The translations under genes were made by a program, and so were the position numbers. The notes below the pieces were generated by a model. The model saw only the letters and a program-made list of their open reading frames with translations, was not told where the DNA came from and made no database searches. From positions 140,895,861 through 140,959,860 of the forward strand of contig NC_068984.1 in NCBI RefSeq assembly GCF_001194135.2: DNA of 64,000 bases, read 5' to 3'. Position 1 is the stretch's first letter. Every line of letters starts with the position of its first letter. The DNA is from Octopus bimaculoides. Its lineage: Eukaryota. Shown one piece after another: positions 1 through 12,725 of the stretch.

Positions 1-436
1 ATGTCCCTAGTTCAATTCTAGTCTGGGACTATGTATATATCCAGGGGAAAAAAATCACTTGATGACAACTATCATCTTAATTATAATCTTGAGTGTGTGC
101 ATCAATTAAAAATATTACTTAAATGAATTTTTTTTGAATATTGCTTAAACAGTAACGCAGTTTCATGATTTCAATTGCATGGGCACTTTTATAATAATAT
201 TACCATGAGAACAAGAAATTAAATCAAAAGTGAGTTTGAAGCAGTCGTTTTCCCACATGTCGTTCACAAAGATTTCTAAATAAAAGGACATAATGATGTT
301 TCCTTCAAACTTTCGTTCATTTCATATTTCAGAAAATACTCAAACAACAAATATTCATGAGAAAATAAAGCTTGATTTACCTGCTGGTGATCAGAAGTGA
401 GCAGCTTAGAGTAGTGGAAATCAGAGCTTTTCAATT

Positions 437-681
437 CAACATCATCGTTCAACATCTGTCTTCCATGCTGGCATGGGTTGGATGGTTTGACTGAGGTCTG
501 GAGAGCCAGTGGCTGCACCAGGCTCCAATCTGATCTGAGAATGTTTCTACAGCTGGATGCCCTTCCTAACGCCAACCACTCCGAGAGTGTAGTGGGTGCT
601 TTTTATGTACCACCAGCACAGGAGCCAGTCAGGTGGACCTGGCATCAATCACGTTCAGATAGTGCATTTTACGTGCCACCA
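437..681 (+). mobile_element. SINE-like repeat, family C (catcatcgttYaacgtc...catgctggcatgggttgga...)
   Basis: Near-identical copies at about 5655-6088(+), 32903-33200(+), 42232-42700(-), 47398-47660(-), 52345-52560(-), 53629-53820(+), 56905-57400(+), 58907-59045(-), 59515-59850(+) and 61638-61795(+). Copies carry a variable number of internal ggtgcttttaYgtgccacc modules. Confidence 0.85.
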
Positions 682-682
682 T

Positions 683-806
683 TCTTTGTAAACCTAGTAC
701 TTATTCTATCAGTCTGTAATGCCGAACTGCTAAGTTACGGGGACGTAAACACACCAGCATCAGTTGTCAAGCAATGTTGGGTGCAGGACAAACACAAACA
801 TATACA

Positions 807-856
<50 letters not shown>

Positions 857-1023
857 CTTGATGGGCTTCTTTCAGATTCTGTCTATCAAATCCACTCACA
901 AGGCTTTGGTCGACCCAAAGCTATAATAGAAGACACTTGCCCAAGGTGCTACGGTGCCACGCAGTGGAACAGAACCCAGAACCATGTGGTTGGTAAGCAA
1001 GCTACTTACCACACAGCCACTCC
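683..1023 (-). mobile_element. tRNA-derived SINE, family A (central microsatellite)
   Basis: On the minus strand it has an A-box-like gtggctgtgtggtaag and a B-box-like ggttcWgtYcc, then a body, a (TA/CA)n centre and a conserved 3' half. More than 12 copies in the window. Confidence 0.9.
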
Positions 1024-1957
1024 ACACTTTCCTTCTGGCAACTAAATTCATACATGGATTATTGATCAATGCAAGACAAAATAGAATATTTGAGTGCTGC
1101 ACTGTGGAATTGAACCTGAAACACATGGAGTTACGGATAAATATCTTGAGCTCACAGCCATGCTTGTTATTAGAAATATTTCCAATAGGAATGTAATTAG
1201 TTTGATTGGCTTAGTTAATTAGTTAATTCACTGAAGGAGGACATAATTTAGTTTGTCTGATGTAAAAACCATTGTGATTGTAGCTAAATAAATATATTAT
1301 ACTTGTATAGGCTTACGGCTAACTGATAACAGGGCCATGGTGGTGGTGGTGGTGGTAGTGGTGGTGATGGTGGTGGTGAGGGTGGTGNNNNNNNNNNNNN
1401 NNNNNNNNNNNNNNNNNNNNNNNNNNNNNNNNNNNNNNNNNNNNNGGTGGTGGTGGTGGTGACAGAGGTAGTGGTGGTGGTGGTGGTGGTGATGTCAGTA
1501 ATGGTAATGGTGGTGGCCTTGGTGATAGTAGTGGTGGTGGTGGTGATGGTGGTGGTCATAGTGGTGGTGGTGTGGAGTAATGATGACGAAGATGATGATG
1601 GTGATAAAGAATGTTACAATTAAAATTGAGGGAGGTGGGGGAGATGTATGAAAGGTGAGCGATGTGCAATGTTATTGTCGTTGTTCTGTTACTGATGACT
1701 GAGCAGACATGCTATCTCAGTCATTCCAACCATGACCATCACCACTTCCATTTAGAGATGATGTATATTACAGTACCTAATGTATCCTTACATATTTTTA
1801 AAAGACAGTGGGCATGGTTTGAGAAAGATTTAGCTGCTATTTCTAGCAAACAGAGCAGTCATGTATGACTTCCTGAGCTGGTTTATGAAAGTTTATGAAG
1901 AAAATGAATATATGACAGGTGTGCAAGGAGAAATTAAAGAAAAGGTGAGAAAAAATA

Positions 1958-1990
<33 letters not shown>

Positions 1991-2886
1991 GTGAATATAA
2001 ATATTTGTATATACAATTATCATCATCATCATCATATACATATATAATAATGATGACAATGATATACATACATATATACGTATGTATGTATATATATATA
2101 TATATATATATATCTCTATATATATATGCATATCTATATCTATATATANNNNNNNNNNNNNNNNNNNNNNNNNNNNNNNNNNNNNNNNNNNNNNNNNNNN
2201 NNNNNNNNNNNNNNNNNNNNNNNNNNNNNNNNNNNNNNNNNNNNNNNNNNNNNNNNNNNNNNNNNNNNNNNNNNNNNNNNNNNNNNNNNNNNNNNNNNNN
2301 NNNNNNNNNNNNNNNNNNNNNNNNNNNNNNNNNNNNNNNNNNNNNNNNNNNNNNNNNNNNNNNNNNNNNNNNNNNNNNNNNNNNNNNNNNNNNNNNNNNN
2401 NNNNNNNNNNNNNNNNNNNNNNNNNNNNNNNNNNNNNNNNNNNNNNNNNNNNNNNNNNNNNNNNNNNNNNNNNNNNNNNNNNNNNNNNNNNNNNNNNNNN
2501 NNNNNNNNNNNNNNNNNNNNNNNNNNNNNNNNNNNNNNNNNNNNNNNNNNNNNNNNNNNNNNNNNNNNNNNNNNNNNNNNNNNNNNNNNNNNNNNNNNNN
2601 NNNNNNNNNNNNNNNNNNNNNNNNNNNNNNNNNNNNNNNNNNNNNNNNNNNNNNNNNNNNNNNNNNNNNNNNNNNNNNNNNNNNNNNNNNNNNNNNNNNN
2701 NNNNNNNNNNNNNNNNNNNNNNNNNNNNNNNNNNNNNNNNNNNNNNNNNNNNNNNNNNNNNNNNNNNNNNNNNNNNNNNNNNNNNNNNNNNNNNNNNNNN
2801 NNNNNNNNNNNNNNNNNNNNNNNNNNNNNNNNNNNNNNNNNNNNNNNNNATATATATGGTATATAAATATATATATATATATATAT

Positions 2887-3035
2887 ATACGACAAGCTTC
2901 TTTCAGTTTCCATCTACCAAATCCACTCACAAGGCTATAGTAGAAGACACTTGCCCAAGGTGCCACACAGTGGGATTGAACCTAGAACCATGTGGTTGGT
3001 AAGCATGCTACTTACCACACAGCCACTCCTGCGCC
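2887..3035 (-). mobile_element. SINE family A, 5' half
   Basis: Matches the family A head (ggcgcaggagtggctgtgtggtaag) and sits next to a (TA)n tract and N gap. Confidence 0.85.
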
Positions 3036-3553
3036 TACGCACACACACACACACACGCACATGTATACACACACACACAGTGAGGGAAAGAGAGAGGAGA
3101 GAGAGACAGACAGACAGAGCAATAGACATAAGTAAACAGTCAGATGTTCTCTTCTAAATTATTTTTCTTTTTCTTTAGTTTTCGCAGTCATATGAGTAAA
3201 TAAATACAATCTATTGATTATCTCTCACACACACATACACACACACATACACACACACCCATATCATCTTTTAACATAGCTGTATCCGTTACCAAGGCAA
3301 CCTTCATTACACACCTGTAATATTGATGCGCCATAGACGTGCATGTCTTACTTGTTTACTGTGCACCACTACATAACTAATTACACAACATCACACACAC
3401 ACACACACTACCCCACTCATTGTCTCTCTCTCTCTTTCTCACTTTCCCTCTTTCTATCTCTGTATATTTCTCTATATATGTTTTCTCTTTTCCCTACCTC
3501 CAGCATAATTTTCTCAATCTCTCACTCTCTTTCTCTCTCTCTGTGCCTGTGTG

Positions 3554-3584
<31 letters not shown>

Positions 3585-3927
3585 TTCTCTCAGTGTTCAC
3601 CCCTCATTCAGGTCTAATGACCCTCCATATTTGTTTTCGTTCGGTTTCCCTGTATGTCTCCACTGTCCTGCTTTCGTTCCTAACTTTGACCCTTCATAGA
3701 TTTTATTTTGGTATTTATGGCAGCAACTGTCTTCAAAGACTCATATTGTCGTTGATTACTCAAAATGGGGAGTAGAAAGACAACCAGCAACTGATGAAGG
3801 ATCAATCTTTATATTCTTTGTATTACTTATCTTCTTTTCTATTTTTTCCTCTCATTATTTGTGTATTTAACTCATTTGTTTTCGTATTTCATGTTGTTTA
3901 CTGTCGGTGACGTCCTGTATGCATATA

Positions 3928-3997
<70 letters not shown>

Positions 3998-4077
3998 TAT
4001 ATATATATTACTTATATGATATATATATATATATGTATAGATATAGATATAGATAGATAGATAGATAGATAGATATG

Positions 4078-4130
<53 letters not shown>

Positions 4131-4154
4131 GGATAGATAGATAGATAGATATGG

Positions 4155-4200
<46 letters not shown>

Positions 4201-4203
<3 letters not shown>

Positions 4204-4366
4204 CGACGGGCTTCTTTCAGTTTCCGCCTACCAAATCCACTAACAAGGCTTTGGTCAGCCCGAGGCTATAGTAGAAGACACTTGCCCAAGGTGCCACGCA
4301 GTGGGAATGAACCCGGAACCATGTGGTTGGTAAGCAAGCTACTTACCACACATCCGCTCCTATGCC
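4201..4366 (-). mobile_element. SINE family A, 5' half
   Basis: Family A head, adjoining the (TA)n/(GATA)n array at ~3920-4200. Confidence 0.85.
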
Positions 4367-6571
4367 TATTGCACATAAATTTTAACAAAATCTTATAAGG
4401 ACCCACAAGGGCCACATGGACCCTGGTTATGAACCATTGTCCCAGATGCCTGAAAATTGCCAGAGCATCATTACTGGAATACTTTTAGTCTGTTCAATCA
4501 AGACTGACATGGGTTAAACAACACCAACACCAACACCAACACCAACAACAACAGTAGGAGCAGCAAATGAGCTGAACTCATAAAAATAGTGTTTCATTAA
4601 CGAATAAATCAACAAGAGAGGATGAAATTACTCATTTGTGACGAAATCTATTAATGAAAACCAGAAGTCGGAATAAAATACAGGGTATTTTATTGCGGCT
4701 TTTAAACAACCACTTATCACCATGAGCGACAGTGAGGCCAGTCCAATGAGTTGGTCAGTTGTGTATGCGTGGGCTGGAAGTAATTACTAGGAATGATGAA
4801 CAGATATAGACCAGAGATTACGAGGAAATACGCTCCACTGTCCAAGTTGGACATGTCCATTATTATTCTATTTAACTACATTTCTGAGAAGACACACAAT
4901 GAAATTGCATGGTTTGAACAACGGCCTGTTGTTGTTGGTGGTGGTGTTGTTGTTGTTTTTGTTGTTGCTTTTTTTTTTTTCAGACAACTCAGAAATATAC
5001 GGGAGAAGTGAGCTCTGACTGTCTGTCTGTCAGACTCCAGCAGGAAACTCGACTGATTGATAGCTCAATGAACTGGGCAGTCACATGTGTACAGTGGTGG
5101 TGGTGGTGGTGATGGTGGTGATGGTGGTGGTGGTAGTATGAGTGTGGTAGTGTGTGTGTGTGTAGTAGTGTGTGTGTGTGGGATATGTGTGCATGTGTGT
5201 GTGGTATGTGTGTGTGTGTGTTGTGGTAGTAGTAATAATGGTGGTGGTGTTAGCAGCAGCAGCAACAATACTAGTTGTAGTAACAGTGGTAGTGGTAGTA
5301 GTAGTAGTAGTAGTAGTAGTAGTGATGATGGTGGTGGTGGTGGTAGAAGCAGGAGCAGCAACAGTAGTGATGGTGGTGGTGGTGGTTGTGGTGGTGGTTG
5401 TGATGGTNNNNNNNNNNNNNNNNNNNNNNNNNNNNNNNNNNNNNNNNNNNNNNNNNNNNNNNNNNNNNNNNNNNNNNNNNNNNNNNNNNNNNNNNNNNNN
5501 NNNNNNNNNNNNNNNNNNNNNNNNNNNNNNNNNNNNNNNNNNNNNNNNNNNNNNNNNNNNNNNNNNNNNNNNNNNNNNNNNNNNNNNGGGGGGGGGGTAG
5601 CTGTGGTAGTTGTAACAGCTGCAGCAGTACCAGCAATATCTTTGGGTTTAAAATGATCCGAGAGTGTAGTGGGTGCTTTTTACACGCCACCAGAACAGGG
5701 GCCAGAGGGGGCTGGCAACGACCATGATCAGATGGTGCTTTTTATGTGCCACCAGCACGGAAGCCAGTCAAGGCGGCGCTGGCATCGGCCATGCTCGGAT
5801 GGTGCTTTTTATATGCCACTGGCATGGGGATCACAACTACAATTTCCATTTGATTTTGGTTTTGATGTATTTGACTCAATAGGTCTCCTCAAGCATGGCA
5901 TGCTGCCCTATGATCCAAGGTACGTTTGAGTGGGATGGTTATGCGACACTGGTGTAGGTTACAGCTGTGAACTCACTTTATGTGCCGGGTCTTCTCAGTC
6001 ACAGCATATCTCCAGAAGTCTCGGTCTTTTGTCATCGCCTCTGTGAAGCCCAACTTTCAAAGGTCATGCTTCACCACCTCATCCCATGACTTATATATAT
6101 GTGTGTGTGTGTATGTATATATATACACACACACATGCTTGTATTACTTTGTTTGTCTTTAATTTAATATTTTGTGCATGGACTCTAATAATAATAATAG
6201 CATTTGTTAAGGTTGTTCAGCTTTTTAAGTCAACTATAAAACTAATTGAATAAACAGAATCATGAACGCACCTATAACGCATATCAGAAATAACTGGAAA
6301 TTAAAAGCTGATTATTTATGCCTTTTCTTGTATATCACTGTGAAATCATACCGTATTAATTTAATAATGAAACCATGAATTTATGAAATTGACTGGTGAT
6401 AGATTTCAACTTTGGACCTTGCTTTTAGGATTACCTGCAGTTCTTTACTAGAGGAAAACAGTTTGTTAGCCTATTATATTTGTATTAGCGAAGAGGTTGA
6501 GAAATATTTTGGCCAGATTGATAATCCCTTATTAATAACTCCTTATGTATGTATGTATGTATGTATGCTTA

Positions 6572-6606
<35 letters not shown>

Positions 6607-7100
6607 NNNNNNNNNNNNNNNNNNNNNNNNNNNNNNNNNNNNNNNNNNNNNNNNNNNNNNNNNNNNNNNNNNNNNNNNNNNNNNNNNNNNNNNNNNNNNN
6701 NNNNNNNNNNNNNNNNNNNNNNNNNNNNNNNNNNNNNNNNNNNNNNNNNNNNNNNNNNNNNNNNNNNNNNNNNNNNNNNNNNNNNNNNNNNNNNNNNNNN
6801 NNNNNNNNNNNNNNNNNNNNNNNNNNNNNNNNNNNNNNNNNNNNNNNNNNNNNNNNNNNNNNNNNNNNNNNNNNNNNNNNNNNNNNNNNNNNNNNNNNNN
6901 NNNNNNNNNNNNNNNNNNNNNNNNNNNNNNNNNNNNNNNNNNNNNNNNNNNNNNNNNNNNNNNNNNNNNNNNNNNNNNNNNNNNNNNNNNNNNNNNNNNN
7001 NNNNNNNNNNNNNNNNNNNNNNNNNNNNNNNNNNNNNNNNNNNNNNNNNNNNNNNNNNNNNNNNNNNNNNNNNNNNNNNNNNNNNNNNNNNNNNNNNNNN

Positions 7101-7141
<41 letters not shown>

Positions 7142-7148
7142 TATAATT

Positions 7149-7340
7149 TAAAATGTGTTATGAGTATTATAGGATAAAATCCTATATAAACCCAACTAAC
7201 AGTTAAAAAGAAATGGAGAAGAAAAGATATTAAAAGTTTGGATTAAAAATTTATAAAAACCTATCTTCTCTTCTCCATTTTTTAACAGTTAGTTGGGTTT
7301 AAATAGGATTTTATCCTATAATACTCAAAACACATTTTTA
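7149..7340. mobile_element. Foldback/MITE-like palindrome with ~80-bp arms
   Basis: 7149-7229 is the near-perfect reverse complement of 7262-7340, with a short AT-rich spacer. It lies beside a (TA)n tract. Confidence 0.75.
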
Positions 7341-9752
7341 ATTGTCTTATTTTAAATACTTGCAATGGCAAGTTACTATTTTGATACGAAGAATCTTTAT
7401 TAGAAATCTAACTTTTTCCACCCCACCCCAAGTTCAAATTGTTCTATTTGAACTAATTTTTCTCACAGACCCACACACACACATGTATGTATATATATAC
7501 ACACACACACTATGTTTGAATGAGTTGAATTGATTTCATTATATTGATAAAAATGAAGATCATCAAGATGATGATGATGATGATGATGATGATAATAATA
7601 ATGGTGCTTGTAAACGAGTAAGCCAATTAACAAAAATTTATAAATACACATGCAAACTATAAACAATAAACTCATGCACACACATACACAAATGCACATC
7701 TTGTAAGCATACAACAACAAATGCTCAAACAACAATAACACGACGACCACCACCACCACCAACAACAAGAACTACAACATCACAGATGAGATAAATCTGT
7801 AGATAGAAGAAGAGGAATCAATAAGATCAAAATGGATTAATGATGATGAACTGGCAGTCCACACCCGACATAACTGAAAACACGTGTGTGGAGAGATGAA
7901 TGATGGCAGGGCTGGGGATGGGTCTGTGTGTACGAGTGTTTGTGAATGTGTGTGGTCTTGGGTGTATGTGTATGCATGTGTATACACTAGGTGTAATATA
8001 GTCAAATCGTTATTTTTGTATAGCTACACACACTTACCATTTACACACACGCTTGAATATGTTTGTATGTGCATACACACACACACACACACACACACAC
8101 ATAACCACAGTTAGATACATACATACATGTGTGTGTATGTGTGTATGCGTGTGTGTGCATATGTATGTATGTATGTATGTATGTATCAATCTATCTATCT
8201 ATCTATCTATCTTTCTATTTATTTGTGTGTGTATAGTCATATACATATACACAATCATATAAATATGTATATATATATATACATACACACACACACATAT
8301 GTCCAACCCATGCCACAATCGAAAATGAACCTTAAATGATGATACACACACACACACTGACATACACACACACATGTATACATATTATATGACATCAACA
8401 TAGACACAAACATATACACACATACATGCATACATTCATACACATATACATACATACACATACATATATACATGCATACATACATACATGTATACCTACT
8501 CACACAAAAATACATACATACATACATGCATGCATGCATGCATACATACGTACACTCATGGGTGTACATGTATGTATGAAGAAAGAGTTAATAAGTCTTA
8601 AATACTTAACATTTAATTAGCCTCTTTGCCTCGACCTACTGTTGATCACGTGGGTATTGTTGATAGTGTTGTTGTTGTTGGTGGTGATGGCGTTGTCATT
8701 TTTATTGTTGTTATTGACAAAATTATTCATGTTGTTATAGGTGCTGTTCCTGATAGTGGTGACATTGTTGTCGATGTTTTTATTAAGAACAGTAAGTAAC
8801 AGAATGGTTTGAACATGAGACCCAATGCCCCTCACTCAGGGCCAATTTAAGACCCATAGAGACCCTAAGCATTGAGTGCTCAGGGGCTCTATGGGTCTTA
8901 AGTTGGCCCTGATTTTGGTGCCCCTATATACATATGTAATTCAGAAAAATAAGCAATAATACAACATGAAATAAATTTAATTTTTCAAAATGAAGCAAAA
9001 CTAATAGCAAGATGGCAAATAATATTTATTTTTGTATATATTCCCACTTTATTTATATTGGAAAAGTTTTCTCCTACTTTTTTTTAATTGCAAAGTCATT
9101 GATTAGATCGTCACTATGACACGATGAACGCCTCCTAATTATATTTCCAATCGTATAAATCACTTTTCATATTATTTTAGCAAGTTTAAAGTGATTTCTT
9201 TTGTGCTGTAAACCATTTACCATTTCTGTGACACCCACCCCCACTTCCTTTGATGCCCTGAGCATGTTCTTATTTTGCTTAACAGTTAATCCAGTGCTGT
9301 TTTCACTCTTTACCTTGTATGCTCCGATACAAGGCAATCACATATGCACCCAATGTTGTGGATGCAAGAATCAATAAAATTATTTGATCCTCTTATCTTT
9401 TCCATACTCTCTAGCACCATGATACCCGCTTCCCGTCAGTTCTGTTCCTGATGTGTTTTAATTAATTTCTCATTATAAACCGTTAAAGCTGTGGCAGTTA
9501 TTTCCCTTTGTGACCTTTCTTTTCACTCTCACCCTCCGACAAACTATTTCCAGTTTCATCCTTCAGGCATCAATAAAGCAAATACCAGTTATACAACAAC
9601 TACACCCTCCCCCTATATCTGGGATAGAGAACCTTAATCTTGTTTTATCATATACATATATACATGCGTACATCCATACAATACACACCCGCACACACAC
9701 ATATATACACATACACTTACACATATGCATATATACTCACACACAGAGATAT

Positions 9753-10335
9753 TCAGCAACAGTACTTTGGAGTAAAGATTGTTTGCCAACATAACATGGC
9801 AGTCCTGGTTTAGGACGAATGTTGCTGTAATTTAGCCCCAGGAGACATCGTCTCCAGCTGGCTATATGACACGATCTGTGTCTTTACATTTTCGAACAAG
9901 GGAATCTAGCACCCCCACTCAGCTCAAAACAATATCCGTGTATCGCGATTTCTGGGTTATGTTGGCAAACAATCTTTACTTCAAAGTACTGTTGCTGCAT
10001 ATCTCTTGTTGTGAGATTTAAGAATAGTAATTTTCTAATTAATAGATCAGTGACTAGTTGTCACTTTGAAAACTATATTTCGAATGGGAATTTGGCAGTG
10101 CCACCTCTAGCCAAACAATTATTCTGTGCTGATGAAGGGAAACAACCCGGAAATTGCGATACACAGATATTGTTTTGAGCTGAGTAGGGGTGCTAGATTC
10201 CCTTGTTTGAAAATATAAGGACACAGATCGTGTCGTATAGCCAGTTGGAGACGATGTCTCTTGTGGCTAAATTACAGCAACATTAGTCCTAAACCAGGAC
10301 TGCCATGTTATGTTGGCAAACAATCTTTACTCTGA
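9753..10335. mobile_element. Penelope-like foldback element with ~185-bp inverted arms
   Basis: ~9768-9955 and ~10145-10332 are inverted with few mismatches. There is an extra internal inversion (9753-9796 vs ~9955-9997) and a hammerhead motif at the start of the right arm. Confidence 0.75.
10123..10167 (+). ncRNA. Minimal type-I hammerhead ribozyme motif
   Basis: UCUGUG-CUGAUGA-A-GGG(AAACAA)CCC-G-GAAAU-UGCG-AUA/CACAGA: 6-bp stem I, intact core, AUA cleavage triplet after 10161. There are extra purines flanking stem II. Confidence 0.7.
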
Positions 10336-10960
10336 AGTGGAATTCTACAAAAATAAACATTATTTTCCCTCTTACTGTTTTGTTTTGTTTTGAAAAGTAA
10401 AAATTTATTTTATGGTTTGTTATTGTTTATATTTTGAATTACATAATCTTTTATGGGGGCACCAAAATCTTTTAAGTGCTTAAGGCCTCGATGGATCTTA
10501 ATCCGGCCCTGGTGACATATCATAAAACATCAGTGAACAAATAAAAAGTCTGATGTTCTCTTGTATTGTTGATCATATGATATGTCATCTGCTAGTTGCC
10601 TTGCTCTAACATGTGTCTGTATGTCTCGTGGCTGTAGATGTTATCTGTTTAATGCATCCATCTCTGGTGGCAGTTGCAGCATCTTTAATCTCTCTTCCTC
10701 TCTCTAAAGTAGTGATTAACAGATGAAGAGAAGAATATGTAGTTAAAACCCTACCTCACTCCCTCTCTCTTTCCTTTTACCTCTCTCTCTCCCTCTCTCT
10801 TTCTCTCCCACTCTCTTTTAGTTTTGTTTCTGACTGTTTTCCTCTCCCTATCCCTCCATCTGCATCTCATACTTCCTCTCAGATTCTTTTGCTCAGGGTC
10901 AGCTTAAGTCCCCTAACAGATTTTGGTGCTTCCATATATATGTAATTCAAAATATAAACT

Positions 10961-11364
10961 CTCTTTTACTTGTTTCAGTCATTTGACTGCGGCCATGCTG
11001 GAGCACCGCCTTTAGTCGAGCAAATCGACCCCCAGGACTTATTCTTTGTAATCCTAGTACTTGTTCTATCGGTCTCTTTTGCCAAACCGCTAAGTTGCGA
11101 GGATGTAGACACACCGGCATCGGTTGTCAAGCGAAGTTGTGGGGGACAAACAAAGACACACAAACATATACACACACATACATATCTACATATATATACA
11201 TATATACGACGGGCTTCTTTCAGTTTCCGTCTACCAAATCCACTCACAAGGCTTTGGTCGGCCCGAGGCTATAGTAGAAGACACTTGCCCAAGATGCCAT
11301 GCAGTGGGACTGAACCCGGAACCATGTGGTTTGTAAGCAAGCTACTTACCACACAGCCACTCCT
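10961..11364 (-). mobile_element. SINE family A, full length
   Basis: Both halves are present around a CA/TA centre. Confidence 0.9.
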
Positions 11365-11876
11365 ACATCAAACTTAATACTTATTTATTCACATTGTTTT
11401 GAATTAATCATGCATTATGTTGTAGCTTCAATACTTTGACGATGTGATTGCTTATTTTTAGGATGACATTGCAGAGTAGGTGTGCAAGGCCAGATCTGAC
11501 CAGTTTGAACATAAAACAGGTAAAATATAAGAGCTGGTTATAGCTGGTTTAAATGCAAGGATATTAAAACAACAGCTAACTCAAAATATTAAATGATGTG
11601 AAAACAATATTATCGTCATTAGCTAATGTTGCTCTGATCCTTATGGCAAGGGAGACAACTCAAATCAATTTTCAGATTTATTACAACCTCAACAGCGAAA
11701 CAGACTTGAACTGTTACCACCAAAGTTGTGAGGAGAGGAATTATTAAGAAAATGTTAGCTATTGTACTATGGTTGATGTAAAAAATATAGAAATTGTTAG
11801 GGAGTAAATTATTCTGAGATAAACGCAATTACATTCTGCATTCATTAATTTCATGTTTCAGTAACAATGTCATTAT

Positions 11877-12198
11877 ACATTTTGTACATTATTTACATTT
11901 GACGGATATTTGTCCTCGTCTTGTTTGTTGTTAACACAACGTTTCGGCTGATATACCCTCCAGCCTTCATCAGGTGTCCCGGGGAAATTTCAAACCTGGG
12001 TTCTCATTCCTAAAAATAAAGAAAATAAAAAAATACCATAGGAATGAGAACCCAGGTTCGAAATTTCCCCAAGATATCTGGTAAAGGCTGGAGGGTATAT
12101 CAGCCGAAACGGTGTGTTAACAACAAACAAGATGAGGACAAATATCCGTCAAATGTAAATAATGTACATAATTCCTCATCTCTTAAATATAGAACTGT
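11877..12198. mobile_element. Penelope-like inverted pseudo-LTR insertion (130-bp arms)
   Basis: 11883-12012 and 12039-12168 are inverted. The element is flanked by an 11-bp direct repeat aatgtcattat (11866-11876; 12199-12209), and each arm carries a hammerhead-like motif. Confidence 0.8.
11933..11978 (-). ncRNA. Minimal type-I hammerhead ribozyme motif
   Basis: GACAC-CUGAUGA-A-GGCUG(GAGGGUAUAU)CAGCC-GAAAC-GUU/GUGUU. A palindromic AACGUU replaces stem III, which would be compatible with dimer formation. Confidence 0.75.
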
Positions 12199-12725
12199 AA
12201 TGTCATTATGTATGAAACTTCCAACTACTGATAGAGGTGTGACAGGAAAAAGATGAAAGTCCGCAGGATCGTCTAGTGTCGAGAGGTTATGATGTCAGGG
12301 TTTGTTTCGGTTCTTCAGATATCAGCGGCCACCAACACACCACAAGAAATTGAGCAGACAATTCAAAAACACAGGAGGTTGGTCAAATAAAGTAATGACC
12401 CCAGAAAGTCTTTCTACGGCCATGCAATTAACAAAAAAAAAAAAAAAAAAAAAAGATGCGACTTTTATCGCCCAAGTGAACTAAAGAGTTAGAAAAAATT
12501 GTTGAAAAAGGGGTCAATTTTGAAAAATGTGTTTGGAGGGAGTGGTCACTCCCCTTTCTCCTCTATTTGCTCTGCCATTGCCTTTATTACAGTTACCACG
12601 CTCTTCCACACTTTCTCTGTATATGTATATTGTCCATGTTGAGTGTGTGTGACACCCGAACAGAGAACAAATAGACTTGATGATATGCGAACACGAGTCT
12701 CTGTCACATAGACTAAGGAGACGGT

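Larger units (their letters stand above)
8837..10511. mobile_element. Non-autonomous DNA transposon (CAGGGCC termini, hAT-like) with nested foldback element
   Basis: The left end cagggccaatttaagaccc...attttggtgcccc matches the reverse complement of the right end ggggcaccaaaat...cttaatccggccctg. A similar truncated end lies at ~10894-10950. No clear TSD. Confidence 0.65.

Noticed and set aside
1861-3002. Long ORFs of 200-360 aa in the track (also ~6.4-7.2, 13.2-14.4, 16.5-17.3, 36.3-37.3 and 60.6-61.3 kb)
   Set aside because: They are open only because of N runs and dinucleotide or trinucleotide repeats.
3781-3920. actgatgaagg motifs (also ~53480 and ~55912) and a degenerate motif at ~48115-48160
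   Set aside because: There is no downstream GAAA and stem set, or the core is broken. At most these are decayed Penelope-like relics.
5087-5656. Gly/Ser-rich ORF resembling a structural protein
   Set aside because: It is translation of (GGT)n, (AGT)n and (GT)n microsatellites spanning a gap.
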